A stretch of 64,000 nucleotides of DNA, taken from positions 7,983,882-8,047,881 of the forward strand of contig CAJINV010000003.1 in the NCBI GenBank assembly GCA_905178155.1, given 5' to 3'. Both the position numbers and the translations under genes were made by a program. Origin of the DNA: Amoebophrya sp. A120 (Eukaryota > Protista > Dinoflagellata). Shown piece by piece: positions 24,193 to 36,711 of the stretch (position 1 is its first letter; every line of letters begins with the position of its first letter). The notes under the pieces are model-generated. The model did no database searches and was not told the origin of the DNA. It saw only the letters and a program-made list of their open reading frames with translations.

Positions 24193-24754
24193 TTCAATAT
24201 GTTGACGCCAGAAATAAGCGCTTTGCGAGTTTGATGTACATCTAAGAACATAAAATCAAGTGGGCCCCGGATGGAAGCTCGCCGAGAATATGTTTTTTCC
24301 GACCATGATGTCCGTGCGTAGAGAGGTGCCAGATGAATCAATAGAGGTAGGCGAGAGGTGGAAACGATTGAGCCGGGCGGGCTGTTTCATCACGTCTGGA
24401 TGAAGCCATGCACAGAGGAAACGCATTTAGAGAAACAGGAATGTTGACGAGTCCACTAACTATCGGCACGGCTGCTGTCGGCCATCTGTTCGTTTCGTGA
24501 CTGATTTGCATCTAGATACAGGTGAGCATCATGATATAATGTTATCATTAAATGATAGTCATATTTGTATTGTTCGGCATTTTCTGGTCTGAAAGACTGT
24601 CGCCTGCCCAGAAACGTTTTAAATCAATTATAGCGCAGTGTTGAATAGCCAGTATGCGTTATCGCAAGTGATTGTGAATTAGCAGGACGTGGGCACGCAA
24701 CTAAAAATCTAGAGCGTGAGCGAGGTCAGCACACCAGGTGTAGAAGTCAACCTC

Positions 24755-26011
24755 ATGTCTGGCGCAGCGCCGGAGCCGGATCCTGTACCGGCAGAACTGG
24801 CGTCGGGACCTCTCGCGTTACAGGTTTTGGGCAATCCCGATATTTTCGTAAACTGGCTTGCCCCCTTCCTCCTCGTGCGTGACCTAGGAAGGTTGGCCCG
24901 AGTGCGGAAGTGTATTCACGAGGCAGCAGTGACGTGGGACGGAAAATCGGTGGCTTCCGTGCACGTTATTCAACAGAAAAATTCCGGGAGACCGTTCATA
25001 CCTGGGTTCAGTTGGGAGCACCTTAAAGTGCTTCGAATTGCTGCAAATGCAAAAGGAGCTCGGTTACAAATAGGGAAACTTTTTCTCTTGCCTTTAGCTG
25101 CCGTAATGCAATCTCTGGAAGGCCTGCAGTGTTTGTTTTTTCCATCTATTGAGGTGGTGGAGTGTCGACTTGCTGTGGACGACCGGGCTGGTCAACCCCA
25201 TGTTTTGCCCGTGTCGACGTGCCAGAATTTCGCTCGGTCGGTGCTCGGGCTTACCGCGCTCCAGGTTTTGGAAATTCCTTCACAACTGGCATTGGCGTCC
25301 GTCAATGTTTTCTCCGGAAATGGCCGGCCGCGTGGTAACACCTCAAACAAATCAATGTGCCGCCTGCGATCGTTGCAAATTTACGGTTCGCGGCCAATCA
25401 ACTGGAACGAGTTGAAGACAAAGTCTCTTGTTTACCAGTTGGTAATCGCGCCCGCAGCAGGAACTCTCCGGGATCTTGGACTATCGTTCGCTTGGTCGGA
25501 CAAGCAGACGGCACAGAGTGATACCGATTCAGAGCTAGATCCGCTCGTCCATCCGGGTCAGGAATTTTTTGAAAAGTCGCTTCCTCTGCTGGAGACGCTG
25601 CGCCTTTTTTGTCGCGGCGACAAGCTTTTTTCCATGCCATGGTACGGGAATATCCAAATGCAGAGATTGAAGCACATACAGTTCGGCAACGCCCATCTTT
25701 TTGAAGCTGTCCAGCCGATGGGAGTGACAAATGCTCTTCCTTTCAAGGACCTGGAAAGACTAGAATTCTGTGGTGTTTCTATCAGTGCGGACGACCCTTC
25801 GGTGTGGATCTCTTTTTTGTCAACTTTGTCTCTTCGGCGACTGCGTCTTGAGCGGGTCGAGATGGCGGAAATTCAGATCGGAGTCTTGCTTGCGGTCCTG
25901 TCGGACAAGATAGGAGGATGCGCCACCCTAAACGCGGGGTCGCGTGCTGAAATTCTGCGACAAGCTGATGCCGCACGAAGAAAGTCTGCGGGGCGGCAAC
26001 TTCTTCTTTAA
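24755..26011 (+). CDS. F-box/LRR-like protein, paralogue 3, intronless
   Basis: DIFVNWLAPFLLVRDLGRLARVRK; LTALQVLEIP, LRSLQIYG, LETLRLFC, LSLRRLRL. Confidence 0.75.
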   Translation: MSGAAPEPDPVPAELASGPLALQVLGNPDIFVNWLAPFLLVRDLGRLARVRKCIHEAAVTWDGKSVASVHVIQQKNSGRPFIPGFSWEHLKVLRIAANAKGARLQIGKLFLLPLAAVMQSLEGLQCLFFPSIEVVECRLAVDDRAGQPHVLPVSTCQNFARSVLGLTALQVLEIPSQLALASVNVFSGNGRPRGNTSNKSMCRLRSLQIYGSRPINWNELKTKSLVYQLVIAPAAGTLRDLGLSFAWSDKQTAQSDTDSELDPLVHPGQEFFEKSLPLLETLRLFCRGDKLFSMPWYGNIQMQRLKHIQFGNAHLFEAVQPMGVTNALPFKDLERLEFCGVSISADDPSVWISFLSTLSLRRLRLERVEMAEIQIGVLLAVLSDKIGGCATLNAGSRAEILRQADAARRKSAGRQLLL

Positions 26012-26486
26012 GGCCGCACGTAGGCCAGTTTGTTTGCGGAAGCAGTGCCGACTTGCAAACACGCACACTTTATTCCGGTACGTAAAGTTCGACAAGTTCA
26101 TTCAAGGTCGAAAGTTCCACATACTCACATTACGAAAGTGTATCACCCGCAGAAAAGTTCTGTAGATTGTCTCAAGCAGGAAAAGCTACCCGACGAGACC
26201 GATCCTTCGCAAGTGCGCTGAAAGATTTGTTCTGGAATCGATTTGGAGCGAAACATAGCGTCGAAAATCCCGACTCGGTTCTGACGAGGTGGTCGCGTTT
26301 GCATCAAACAATGGTAGACTATAGCTCATTCAATGCGATCAAACTCCAGTCGAGGGCAGCGCCATGCTATCTCGGACCACAGATAGAAGTTTCAAAGTAG
26401 ATGCTCATCCGGAACGTCGGCTTAGCAGAGCTCGTGGCTGAACAACTAGTGTAGTGAGTCTCCCAGATTATGATCACAGGATAGAA

Positions 26487-27131
26487 ATGTCGTTGGGCAA
26501 TGACGCTGCGGATCCGGAAAGCGACCCGGGGACGCTTGGACGGGTCGAGGTAAAGCACGGGAGCAAGGTAGCCTTCGATTTCCGGTGGAGTGAAAGTCTG
26601 ACCATCGGCGACCTTCGCCGTTTCACCGCGGAAGAGTGCGGCGTGGAGCTGGATAAATTGAGCTTGATATACAAAGGCAAGAAGCTGCAAGGCATCGCTT
26701 TTCCCTCCGATACGCGACTCGGCGACGTGGAGCAGAAGCCTCCGCAGCCGGGCAAGACACTGGTGATCCAGGCCATGGGATCCCGCGACACGCGGTCGGG
26801 GGGTAACGCGCTGCGAGACATTGCTACGCAAGTCGCGTCGCTGTACGGGTCGCTTCGGAGCAAGACCGAAGCCGCTTCGAAATTGCTGCCGGAAGTTGAT
26901 CTAGGAGGTCTGTTACCGGCTGCGCCAGAAGCGATGCAAGGCCTTCGGCGAGGAGCCGGGGGCAGTAGCGCCGGAGAAAAAGAACAAGAGCCGCAGCTAG
27001 TGCTCGATATGTTGACAATCACGTCCTTCTCGACCCGGCTGGATTCTTTAGACGAGCTCTCCGATGCACAGCGTCAAGTGCGGCGCCAAGTTCTCAAGAT
27101 GCTCGAACTTCTCGAAACCACCATATCTTGA
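26487..27131 (+). CDS. Ubiquitin-like + BAG domain co-chaperone, intronless
   Basis: UBL pattern VEVKHG..TIGDLRR....GV....LSLIYKGKKL. C-terminal RLDSLDELSDAQRQVRRQVLKMLE fits the BAG helices (LD.....R..RK..V). Confidence 0.7.
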   Translation: MSLGNDAADPESDPGTLGRVEVKHGSKVAFDFRWSESLTIGDLRRFTAEECGVELDKLSLIYKGKKLQGIAFPSDTRLGDVEQKPPQPGKTLVIQAMGSRDTRSGGNALRDIATQVASLYGSLRSKTEAASKLLPEVDLGGLLPAAPEAMQGLRRGAGGSSAGEKEQEPQLVLDMLTITSFSTRLDSLDELSDAQRQVRRQVLKMLELLETTIS

Positions 27132-27907
27132 CGTAGTAGTACTGCTTCACCCCCCAAAAGATCGACCGGCGGCTTGTTTTTTGTGATCCCGAACGCGAAC
27201 GTCTTTGCATAAATATGTGGTTCTGGTAGTAAACCCCCACTTGAAAATACCCTTAGGTCCCGCGATGAAGTCACGTAGAAGACAAGAGAACTCGCGTGAT
27301 TTCGAGCTATGCACGCAAGAATGCTTTGGCTTTGCAATGATGTCCTTTCCCTCGGGAACCCACACACAACGCATACATCCGACCATCATCTACCGTGATA
27401 TACTCAAATTGGTGAGTCAGCACAATCTCCGTGTTCAGGCTGATGTTTCTGAATTACGGCAGTGATTAAATTTTCCAAAGATAGCGAAAGGGTGTAAAAC
27501 ACAGCCTATTGTCGTCGGTTTTTGTCGTAAGGGATTCATCCGGGTAGGATAAGGGCAATGGATGTATGCAAAAATACACTCAAATGAATCGTTTAGGTCG
27601 ATCGTTGCGTTTCATTTCAAAACGAAGCAGTACCCAGGTCCCGTGATACTGCCATTTTTTTATTCCTTTCAACCTTTCGTCGCAATCGGAATCGTTGGGG
27701 TGAACTAGCCGTTCCTGATTTCTGTTTTTCGTTTGTTCTCACGTCAGTCAGAACCTTGTGACCCGCTTTTCCCGTCTAATGAAGTACCAAACAGGATTTT
27801 TTTTTCGAAGGGGGCTCGAGCAGCACAACAAGATATACAGTAGAAAAGCACTCGCCATTCGCATATCGCAATAGTCATCAAGTCAGAGAAAGAGAAACAT
27901 AACCACA

Positions 27908-29600
27908 ATGGGTGAAGACGAGGAGCTGCTCGGGAAAAAGCCCAAAAAAGAGCGACCCCCGTACCTGGGACCGTTGAAGGAGGCGTTAGCGACCAAGACG
28001 CGCGTCCTGTATCAAGGTCGACACCGGGACATTGCTGACCTGCGGCGACAGTACATCGAGAAGAAGTCAGCAACGGGCGCAGCGAGTGGCGGAAAGGGCG
28101 CCAACTTCAAGGACAAGAAGACAGGGCAGTATGTCAGGTTTACGGTAGATCAGCTCCTCGGGCTTCGCGATGTGTACAACCGCGTACTGCGAAAATCCGA
28201 CTACGGCAAACTAGGTGCGCTGTTGATTTTTTTTTGTCTCATTGCTAAGGATAAGGATTCACATTCAGTTCACTTCCTTCGACCCACTCATATATAATTT
28301 CCGAAACGTACACGGTCGGCATGACTGGCAAGGAAGAGCATGCGAGAGATTTATTAAAGCAAAAATGTGTATAACAAAACGTTCCCTTTCCACCCAGAAA
28401 CGCCGGCGGAGCTTGGGCGATTTATGATGGTGCTGGAGAAGGCCGGGTCTATGAATCCGTTTTTTCGAGATCTGTATACGACCACGTCGCCGCGACTTTC
28501 GGTCAACTTGTCTAGCACGGTGAAAAACTTTCAAGAAATCGTCTGCTTCCTGCTTCCGATGCGCGAACCGGAGGAAGTGTCGGTAAGTTCTTAAGACTTC
28601 TTCTTCAGTACGTCCAAACGTCGCCTAGGTCGGTCCACAGCTCGTTGCTGGCACCATCGGCTGTAGTTGAGGTAATAGAAGAACGACGCAAAGCAAAAAT
28701 TAGTTTTCCATAATATTCGTTCTACCTTTGCAGGACCTGATAACGCACATGCTGAACGTGGAGAAGAGGCGGAAACAGGGCGACGGCAGCAACAAGACTG
28801 AAGAAGAAATCGCGCAGGAAGAAAAGAAGAATGCCATGAAAGCGCGACTCCGTGGCGCGGCGCGCAATAAGGCAATGGTGCTGTCGAAAGTAGACGAGCT
28901 CTACGTGCGCGAGGACGAGGGCATCGTAAAACAGAGGATCACACTGGAAAAGAGGTACAACAAAGATTTTCGCATACAGTTTCTTGACAGTGTTTGTGGT
29001 GAATACTTTCATTTTGGAAAATGAAAATAGAAGCAACGTCTGTCGAGAGTTTTTCACCCTTGAAGTGGATGCACTCTCTCCTCGAGATGAGAATTTCAAT
29101 TCACCAGGTTGGAGCTGGAGCGGCTGTTCACGCTCTGTAGTCAGGACGGCAAGCGAGTCTTCGAGGAGGATTGGATGGATTATTTTGACGACACACTGAA
29201 CGACGCGGGCGCACTGAAGCAACTGTTCGCGAAGCACGCGGTGCACTCGGATCTGTCGCAGAAAGGCAAGAAGTTCCTCAAGTTCGAGGAGTTCGCACGG
29301 ATTCTGCTGCCGCTCACCTTCCAGCTGTGTGACCGCCCGGCGCCCGGGAAATCCCACCTGACCGAGGAGGAGCTCTGGAAAAAGTTTCACAGCAACGCGG
29401 TGGTCGATGAGAAGAGCACAGTGTGGGCCGACGTCCAGACCGATATCAAGCGGATGCAAGACGTGTCGGAGGAGGACGACGAGAAGACCCGCCTCCTCAA
29501 AATTGCCAGCAAGGCGCTAGAAAAGTACAAGATCGAGGATCCCGTCGACGTGTACAAATTCGGGGACTTTGACCAAAAGAAAAAGGGCGGAAAAAAGTAG
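27908..29600 (+). CDS. Unknown protein with degenerate EF-hand-like C-terminal region, 4 exons
   Basis: GT-AG introns 28215-28397, 28583-28733 and 28955-29107 keep one frame. LERLFTLCSQDGKR and FLKFEEFARIL resemble EF-hand helices. Confidence 0.7.
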
Positions 29601-30824
29601 GAATTGGATCGCCGAACTTGGTGGATCTCGGTCCCGCTCAATGCAGCTTACTTTTTTTCAACGCGTCTTGGGTCTCTCCATCCGGCTTTTTTGAATTCAG
29701 CAGTCACTTTTGACGTTTACAACAGAGAATATTTTTTTTCGGCTTCGATTTTATTTTAAACTCATACGGTAAATATGCATCGCAACATGTATAAACGACG
29801 CAACTGTAAACAATTTTTTGGTTGATGGTACATTATGTACAATATTGTTTGGAAAGTTTCATGCATTTCATTCGGGCTACAGATCCTGTTCGCTGCTGCA
29901 AAGGCATCTGCAAAATGAATGTCTTCAATCTACTCCATTGAATTTGCTGTACACTAAATCTGAAGCGCAGGAACTACGAGACGACATGGCTAGGGCAGTT
30001 TGCCACAATTGTTGGGCGGTTTCTTGCTTGCCCGTGGGTCTCGGGTGTGGTTGTCCGTGACGTGTCGTAGAGCTGTATGCTGCATGCTTCGTCGTGCTGA
30101 TCGTTTTCTCTCCAAGGAGGGCAACTTAGCTGATTTCCAAAATCGTCATGAGCGATCGAGGGTTTTCTGATTTCGTTGTCGTGCCAACTTTTGATGAGCG
30201 GTTTTAGAGGATACAGCTTCGTTCAGTTCCGCACTGGCTGGCCATTTCGTCAAAAACGTGGCTGCAATGGCGTTGTTAAAACGAATCTTTTTCGGATATG
30301 ATTTTTTTCTGTCCGACTGTAATAGGATTTTTTTTTTGATTTTGCCGCTTTTTTGCTAGGGTACTTACCACACTGGTCCTGATACATCGTTTCTGGTTTT
30401 TGTACAGTTAGTAGATTTCTTTGAAAAACGGACCAAGATTGATTCAGAATTCGATATAATTTTTGGTAAAAGAAGACGCTTTTTCTGAGTTTCTCTGCGT
30501 CCTTCGCAATAAAGTTTTTTCTGCGTTGTAGTGCGATTTTCCATTTTGAACTTCTCTTGACACTTACACCCACGAGTGTGAAACCACGCTGCTACGCGTA
30601 AAAAGCAACGCGTGATGTTGCTCTGATTGCCACGACCTGGGTTCACCAGTAGTCAGTGACGCGCTGGACCACGGGGTGGATGGGGAAAGGAAGACCCGCA
30701 TGAAATTTCAAGATCTTAAGTCACCAGACGTCAAGTTCCGCGTGCCATACTCTACCACGCCCCCTTCCAGGAAGATCCCGAGCGACGACGCACGATAGAG
30801 TTTTGGTCCCCGCTGTGCAGTATC

Positions 30825-33800
30825 ATGGATGCCTCCGTTGCCGCTGCGCACGGCGGCAGCAAAAAGAAGTCGTGGAGCAACATTTTGGTTGCCGTGCGGT
30901 GTCGGCGATTGCTGGAGGTGGAAGCCCGGTGCGGGGGGCGGCAGTGCGTGGACGTGGTGGAGAACAAATTGGTCATCCTGGAGGACCCCCAAACCACTGC
31001 TGCCGACGACTACCTGCGAATCGGGAAGAGCAAGGAGAAGCGCTACGTGTTCGACCATGCCTTCAGCGAGAAGGACGATACGGAGAAGGTGTACCAGGCC
31101 ACTACCCGCGGACTTATCGAGGGCGTCCTGCGGGGTTACAACGCCACGGTCTTCGCGTACGGTGGCACGGGGGCCGGGAAAACACACACGATGATTGGGT
31201 ACTTTCTGGTTCTAAAATGCGTCTTTTTGTTCTTTACTTGCTTGTTGTATCCGATTCCGAACAATCAAAGAGAAGGAGAATAAATAAATTGATGCGGTGC
31301 ATGATCAAGAAAAAATTAAAAATCATCACCTGGTCGTCAGATGAAAGTAAAAGCATTCATCGCCGACGCGTCAGGTACCAGAACGAGGGTGCGGGGCGGC
31401 CCAGCCATGGTATCATGGGGCTGATTTTGCAGGATCTTTTCGGGCAAGTCCAGCAGCACCCTGACAAGAAGTTTGATATTCGGTGCTCCTTTTTAGAAGT
31501 GTACAACGAGAACATTCGCGACCTCCTATCGCCCAAGAAGGACGAGTGCCTGGATCTGCGCGAAGATCCCATCAAGGGTATGACCGTCGCGGGCATCGAA
31601 GAGGTGAGTTCCAAGAGGCTTGTTTTGATGGCAAGAATTGCAGTGATGTTAAATGTAGCTGTTCCACGCAGTTTTTTTTACCAGTACTGAAGGTTTCGAG
31701 TTCGACGGCGCGAATTTCAAAGAACGCGGCCCGAGTGCCGTCGTTAAGACAATAAAACTACGTAGAGTTGTTCTTGTACAACGCACCCCGTAGGTGAGTA
31801 ACCTTTCCAGTGCAGAGGAGATTATGCACTTGCTGAAACAAGCCAACCGAAATCGGACATCGGAGCCCACCGCAGCGAATCAGACCAGTTCGCGCTCGCA
31901 TGCCGTCATGAGCGTGATCGTGGAGCAGCAGGACAAAACCGCGGGCATCTGCAAACTTCTGGAGGTGGGGAAATTCAGCGTGATTGACCTGGCCGGTTCG
32001 GAACGCGCTTCCAACACTGCGAACCGGGGCATCCGGATGTTGGAGGGCGCCAACATAAACCGCAGCCTGCTCGCCCTGGGAAACTGCATTACGGCGCTCG
32101 CAGACGACAACAGCTTTGTGCCGTACCGAGACTCAAAGCTCACCCGGCTCTTGAAAGGTACGGAATACAGGGAATTGATTACGCGCGTCGACTGGCTTCT
32201 TGCGCGCTGGCGTCGTCGTACCGACAGACCTTGTGATCAATGATGTTTGTACGCTTAGTATCTTGCAACTTCCTATGCATGTTTGAAAGTTCTTAAGGAC
32301 AGAGCTTGGGATGGTTATTTTCGATGAATACTAGAACTCATACTCATCTCTTACTTTCTAGAACAAAACACTCAGACTCACTTGGTGGGAACTGCCGCAC
32401 AGTGATGATTGCGAACGTATCGCCCTGTCACCACAATTTCGAGGACACACATAACACGCTCAAGTACGCGAATCGGGCAAAGGCAATTCGGACGAAAGTG
32501 ACACGGAATGTGGCCCGGTATACCTACGACGTGGCGCAGTACACATCGATCATTCACGAACTCCGCAGCGAAATTTCGGCATTGAAGACATCCATCGCGA
32601 CGCAGGACTCGGAAGCGCCCTCGGCTGCCGCCGAGGCGGGCGGGGCGAACGAGCAACTTTCCGCGGAAAAAGGGCAAGCCGCAAAACCGCAGCAATTTTC
32701 AGAGGAGGTTCAAACCTGGGAACAGGAGGTACTATCGTTTGATTTTTCAATCTAGCAAGGACGAAATGCTTGAGAAGGTGAAGTAGTTGCCGTGTTGTTG
32801 TCATGGCCAACATGTGGATGCACACAACCATGCTCGAATCAATAGCATTAATTGATCTATCAGGTTTGCCAAAACATCGAGGAGCGGGTGCAGATCAAGC
32901 GCTCGTTGTTGGATTTGAAGCATTCCGATGCCAAGTGCTTGATGGCGAAGAGCAAGCTGCAGGTAGCCATAAGTAGCTGGGAGCAGCAGAACAGCCAGAA
33001 CACTTATGTGGGGGATCGGACGATCGCAGAGGAACCCGAAAACGATGACGACGGGGACGGAGACGTGCCGGTGAGCGCACGCGGCGAGGGTTCTCAAAGC
33101 CTGAAAGCCGCGGAATCCGCAGTACGTCGCGCATTGATGTTCTTGCTGTTGAACAGAAATTAGAGTATGGCGATTTTTTGCAGATCGAAAATTCAACAAA
33201 AGCAACATCAGAGTAGCCATAAAATTATAGCCGCATTCGGACGTAGTGCTTCAGCTGGTGCCTAGCACGCCGTTTCTTTTTTGAGGCCTGTAAGAAGTAA
33301 GTACGTAGTTCTTCTGTCTTCACCCATAATGTTCTTGAATTGATCGCAGGACGGCAGCCTCCCGAGTTCTATACGAGACTGGCGGAAGCAGCTGAAGGGC
33401 TTGATGAAACAGATGGAGAAGCACGGTGAGATCCGTGCCGATTTGGCGGAACGGCTGCAGAAGAACGAGCAGCAGCGTCAGGTGCTGGAGCAGCGGCTGC
33501 CGGAGATCACGTTGGCGAACAGCGAGCTGCGGCAGTTTTTCTCGTTGATGTACAAGATTCAGGTCATGGAGGTGGAAAACATGGAGTTGGAGGAGGTGAA
33601 CAACATGACCGACCTCCTGATCCAGCAGAAGGATCTCGAAGGCGAAAAGCTTCGCCTGCAGATCGCCATCCGGGACCAGATGATCGCCGAGCAAACAGAA
33701 ATGGTGAAGTGGAAGGGAACGAGTAGTAGTGGTAGCAGTGGCAATACGCATCACCTCGCCGCGCCAGCCGCGGCGGCGGAGCAGCTTCAGCAACTACGGA

Positions 33801-35050
33801 ACACCAGCTGTCCTCAACAGCAAGACCAACCTGGTGCCGTCTCGGCCTCGACCAGAGCTTTGCAAACGAGCCCGGGAAGTAGAGCCACGAGTTCGCAGGA
33901 TCTTCTTCACGGCAAATGCCTAGTCCCGGCCGCGGAGCAGCAACTGCAGAACTTTATTCAACAGGACCACCACCTCCCAGCAGGGAGCAGCAGTCACGCG
34001 GGGCAGCACGTCAGCGCGTTCAGCAGCACAGATGATGAGCTTTACACCCGCGAGCGGCCAGCACTTAGTGGTGCTGGTGGTGGACTAATGATCCACCAAT
34101 CTGCGACTGCGGCCTCCGACGTGCTCTCATCGTCGGCTTCGCCCCCGGAGCAGCGACGAGCGATGCTGCGCGGCGGACGCGATGAGACGCCGGGCGGTGG
34201 TGCGGCTTCCAGTCAGCAGCCAAGCGGCCGACCGCAGTGCGGAACGACGGACCACGATGCGCTCTTCGTGCCTCCGGACAGTACTGGTCAACACAACTAC
34301 GCCGCCACGGAGTCGCTGCTGATAGCCGCGGAGCATGCGCTCGAAGGCGGGGCATTTGGGCAGGAGGCACTAGCATGGACGGGCGGGGAAACATCCGACG
34401 AAAACCGGGAAGGTAGTACTGTCTTACCACCTGGTGCGCCGGGGAGCAGCGGGCTCGCAGCTGGAGCAGTAGATTCGTCATTGCTCCTGCCCGAGCAGGA
34501 TAGTACCGAGCACCACCAGTACCCGGCGGAACCGTTTGCGCTGCAGAAGCCGGAGGGCTGGCAGGAGCATATCGAATGGTCGAGTAACAGCAAGCCGCGG
34601 TCGGCCTCTCCACCCGCCCGCAGTTCCTCGCACAGGCACAACCAGAGCGCCACGATCTCAGAGAGTAGCGACGAGGGCGTAGGGCCGCTAGCCCGGTCGG
34701 CGTCAAAGCAGCAGGCCCTGGGGGGCGTGGCAGGCGCAGGCGCTGGCAGCGGCGTTGACGATCGGCCGGGCCTTGGAGGGACGGGCGCAGGCGGGGACAT
34801 GGCAACCAGCCACCCGCGGTCACACAAGAAGGTGCTCATTGACAAAGTGCAAAGAAAGCGGCACTACCTACCTTACATCGACGCGGTCACCACGAAAAAA
34901 CGGAAGAATCGGAGCAACATGCTATTGCGCGCGATCTCGGGCACGGACAATAAGCCCGTTGCTGCGGCTACTGCGGCACAGGCTCCCGAAGACCCGGGCA
35001 GCTCGGCTGGAGTGCAACCTGGACGGGGGCCGCGCGGTCGGCGGGTGTGA
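30825..35050 (+). CDS. Kinesin-8 family (KIF18/KIF19-like) motor, 6 exons
   Basis: [70 protein letters not shown] introns 31199-31374, 31604-31793, 32158-32375, 32729-32863, 33122-33349. Confidence 0.93.
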
Positions 35051-35702
35051 AGTGAGTTCATAGAAATGGAGCTGAATAGACCGGGCTGAACCACTGTGAG
35101 TTGAAAAACCCTGAATAAATCCGTATTCATAAAAAAGCACCGAAGGCACAGCAACACCGCATCAGCGGGCCTGGAACGGTGGAAGAGGTCGTTGTGCAAT
35201 CCGAGTGCTTTTTTGCGTCGCTTCGCATAACGCGCAGTAATAAGTAAATCCTGAGGCGTTCTTTGTGTTGCCTCTCGTCGTTTTCGCTTCCGAGAAGTTT
35301 CTTTCGTCCCGTCCGTCGCGAGAGAGGTGGTCTGTAGCGAGCGCTCGAACAACGACAGACGTGAATGGGATCGAGGCAACAAGCGTCTTTCCAACGTGCG
35401 CCGCGCAGACCCACCAGAAGAAGTTTATGGGTTTTTGTTATTTTGAGGAAGAGTCTGACCCAAAATCAAAAAAGAGAAGCGCACGCGAAGTTCACCGTCT
35501 TGAAAACTGCAGGATCGCACAGCTACAAACCGTATTCTATTTTTGTGAAATCAACATGCAGTTGTAATTTTTTGGAGTCTCGCCGCGAACGCGCAATAGA
35601 GTTAGAGCCCATGAAGGGACCTGAGCAAAATTAATAGTGACAGCCGTACCAGATGATTGGTGGTGAATTGATAAGATAAGTACATACAAGTTTCCAGGAA
35701 TC

Positions 35703-36711
35703 ATGCCCAGTGTAGCAGCTGCAGCACCGTCCGCGACCTCCATGCAACGGAGTTCCTCAGCAAAGGCGTCACCTGTGCTGAGTGAAAACTTGAAGCGCAA
35801 TATCACAAAGCACATGGTGGAGGAGACTGAGGTACTTACTACGCATTCTTTTGAATCGCTTTATATGTTGATTTTTGCTTTTTATTAGTTTTGACAGGGC
35901 ATACTAAAAGCTTTTCTCCTTCTTTCGGTATATCCAAAAATGTTGCGGTAGACGTCGATTCGGAGGTCCCGCTTGAGGAGTGTAGAAAAAGGAATGAAGT
36001 CTCTTCATCGATCTTTTCGCAGGATTCTAGCCGGCACATGGTTACCATGCTCGCGTCGCGAGTCAATCAGGTTGGCTGTCAGATACTAGCGGCGTTTCCG
36101 CCGCACATGCGCGAAATGAAGGTAAAGGACGTCTGGGGCCTTCTCGAGCAACAGGGCTCTGCTGCCACCAACGATAAACGAGAGCAGGCATCCTCCTCGA
36201 GCGCCCCGGGAAAAACTACCGGCCCAGGTAGAGCACCGCTAGTCGTTTTTTGCCCCCCGTGCGCTTCGTTCAGTTTGCGAATAGAAGAAAAGATTTCAAA
36301 TTGCTTTTTCCAGACTTTTGATTGTTGCAGCGAGACCATACTCAAAGAACTCGCAAGTTGTGAGCGAAATGACGAAACAAATCGCAGGTCCTGGAGCGAT
36401 TGCTTCCAGTTCGCAGAAACGGAGCTCACTACCACCAAACAGGAAACCGGGAGAGAACCTAACGCCCGCCATGGACGATGTCAAATACATGACGGTAAAT
36501 GATTGCATTTCTTTTCATCTTTTTTCTCCTCGCACGATTTTACAAAATGGTTTCGTTTTCATGGCTTCATGTCGTCGACCCACTACTTTTTTGCATATTA
36601 CAACAGGCTGAGCAACGACAAGAGCTGCTGGGAAAGCTGTGTGGATATGTGCAAGAGCTTGAGTCTATGGGGGAATACAGAACGAAACGTCGCAAAGATG
36701 ATCCGACCTGA
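35703..36711 (+). CDS. 200-aa protein, Borealin-like N-terminal motif, 4 exons
   Basis: GT-AG introns 35832-36022, 36228-36330 and 36495-36606 give 603 nt in frame. A helix ends in QILAAFPPHMREMKVKDVW, followed by a low-complexity linker and a short C-terminal helix. Confidence 0.55.

Noticed and set aside
30230-30256. Possible relic dinoflagellate spliced leader (GCCATTTCGTCAA)
   Set aside because: Too short and mismatched against CCGTAGCCATTTTGGCTCAAG; no convincing SL relic found by eye.
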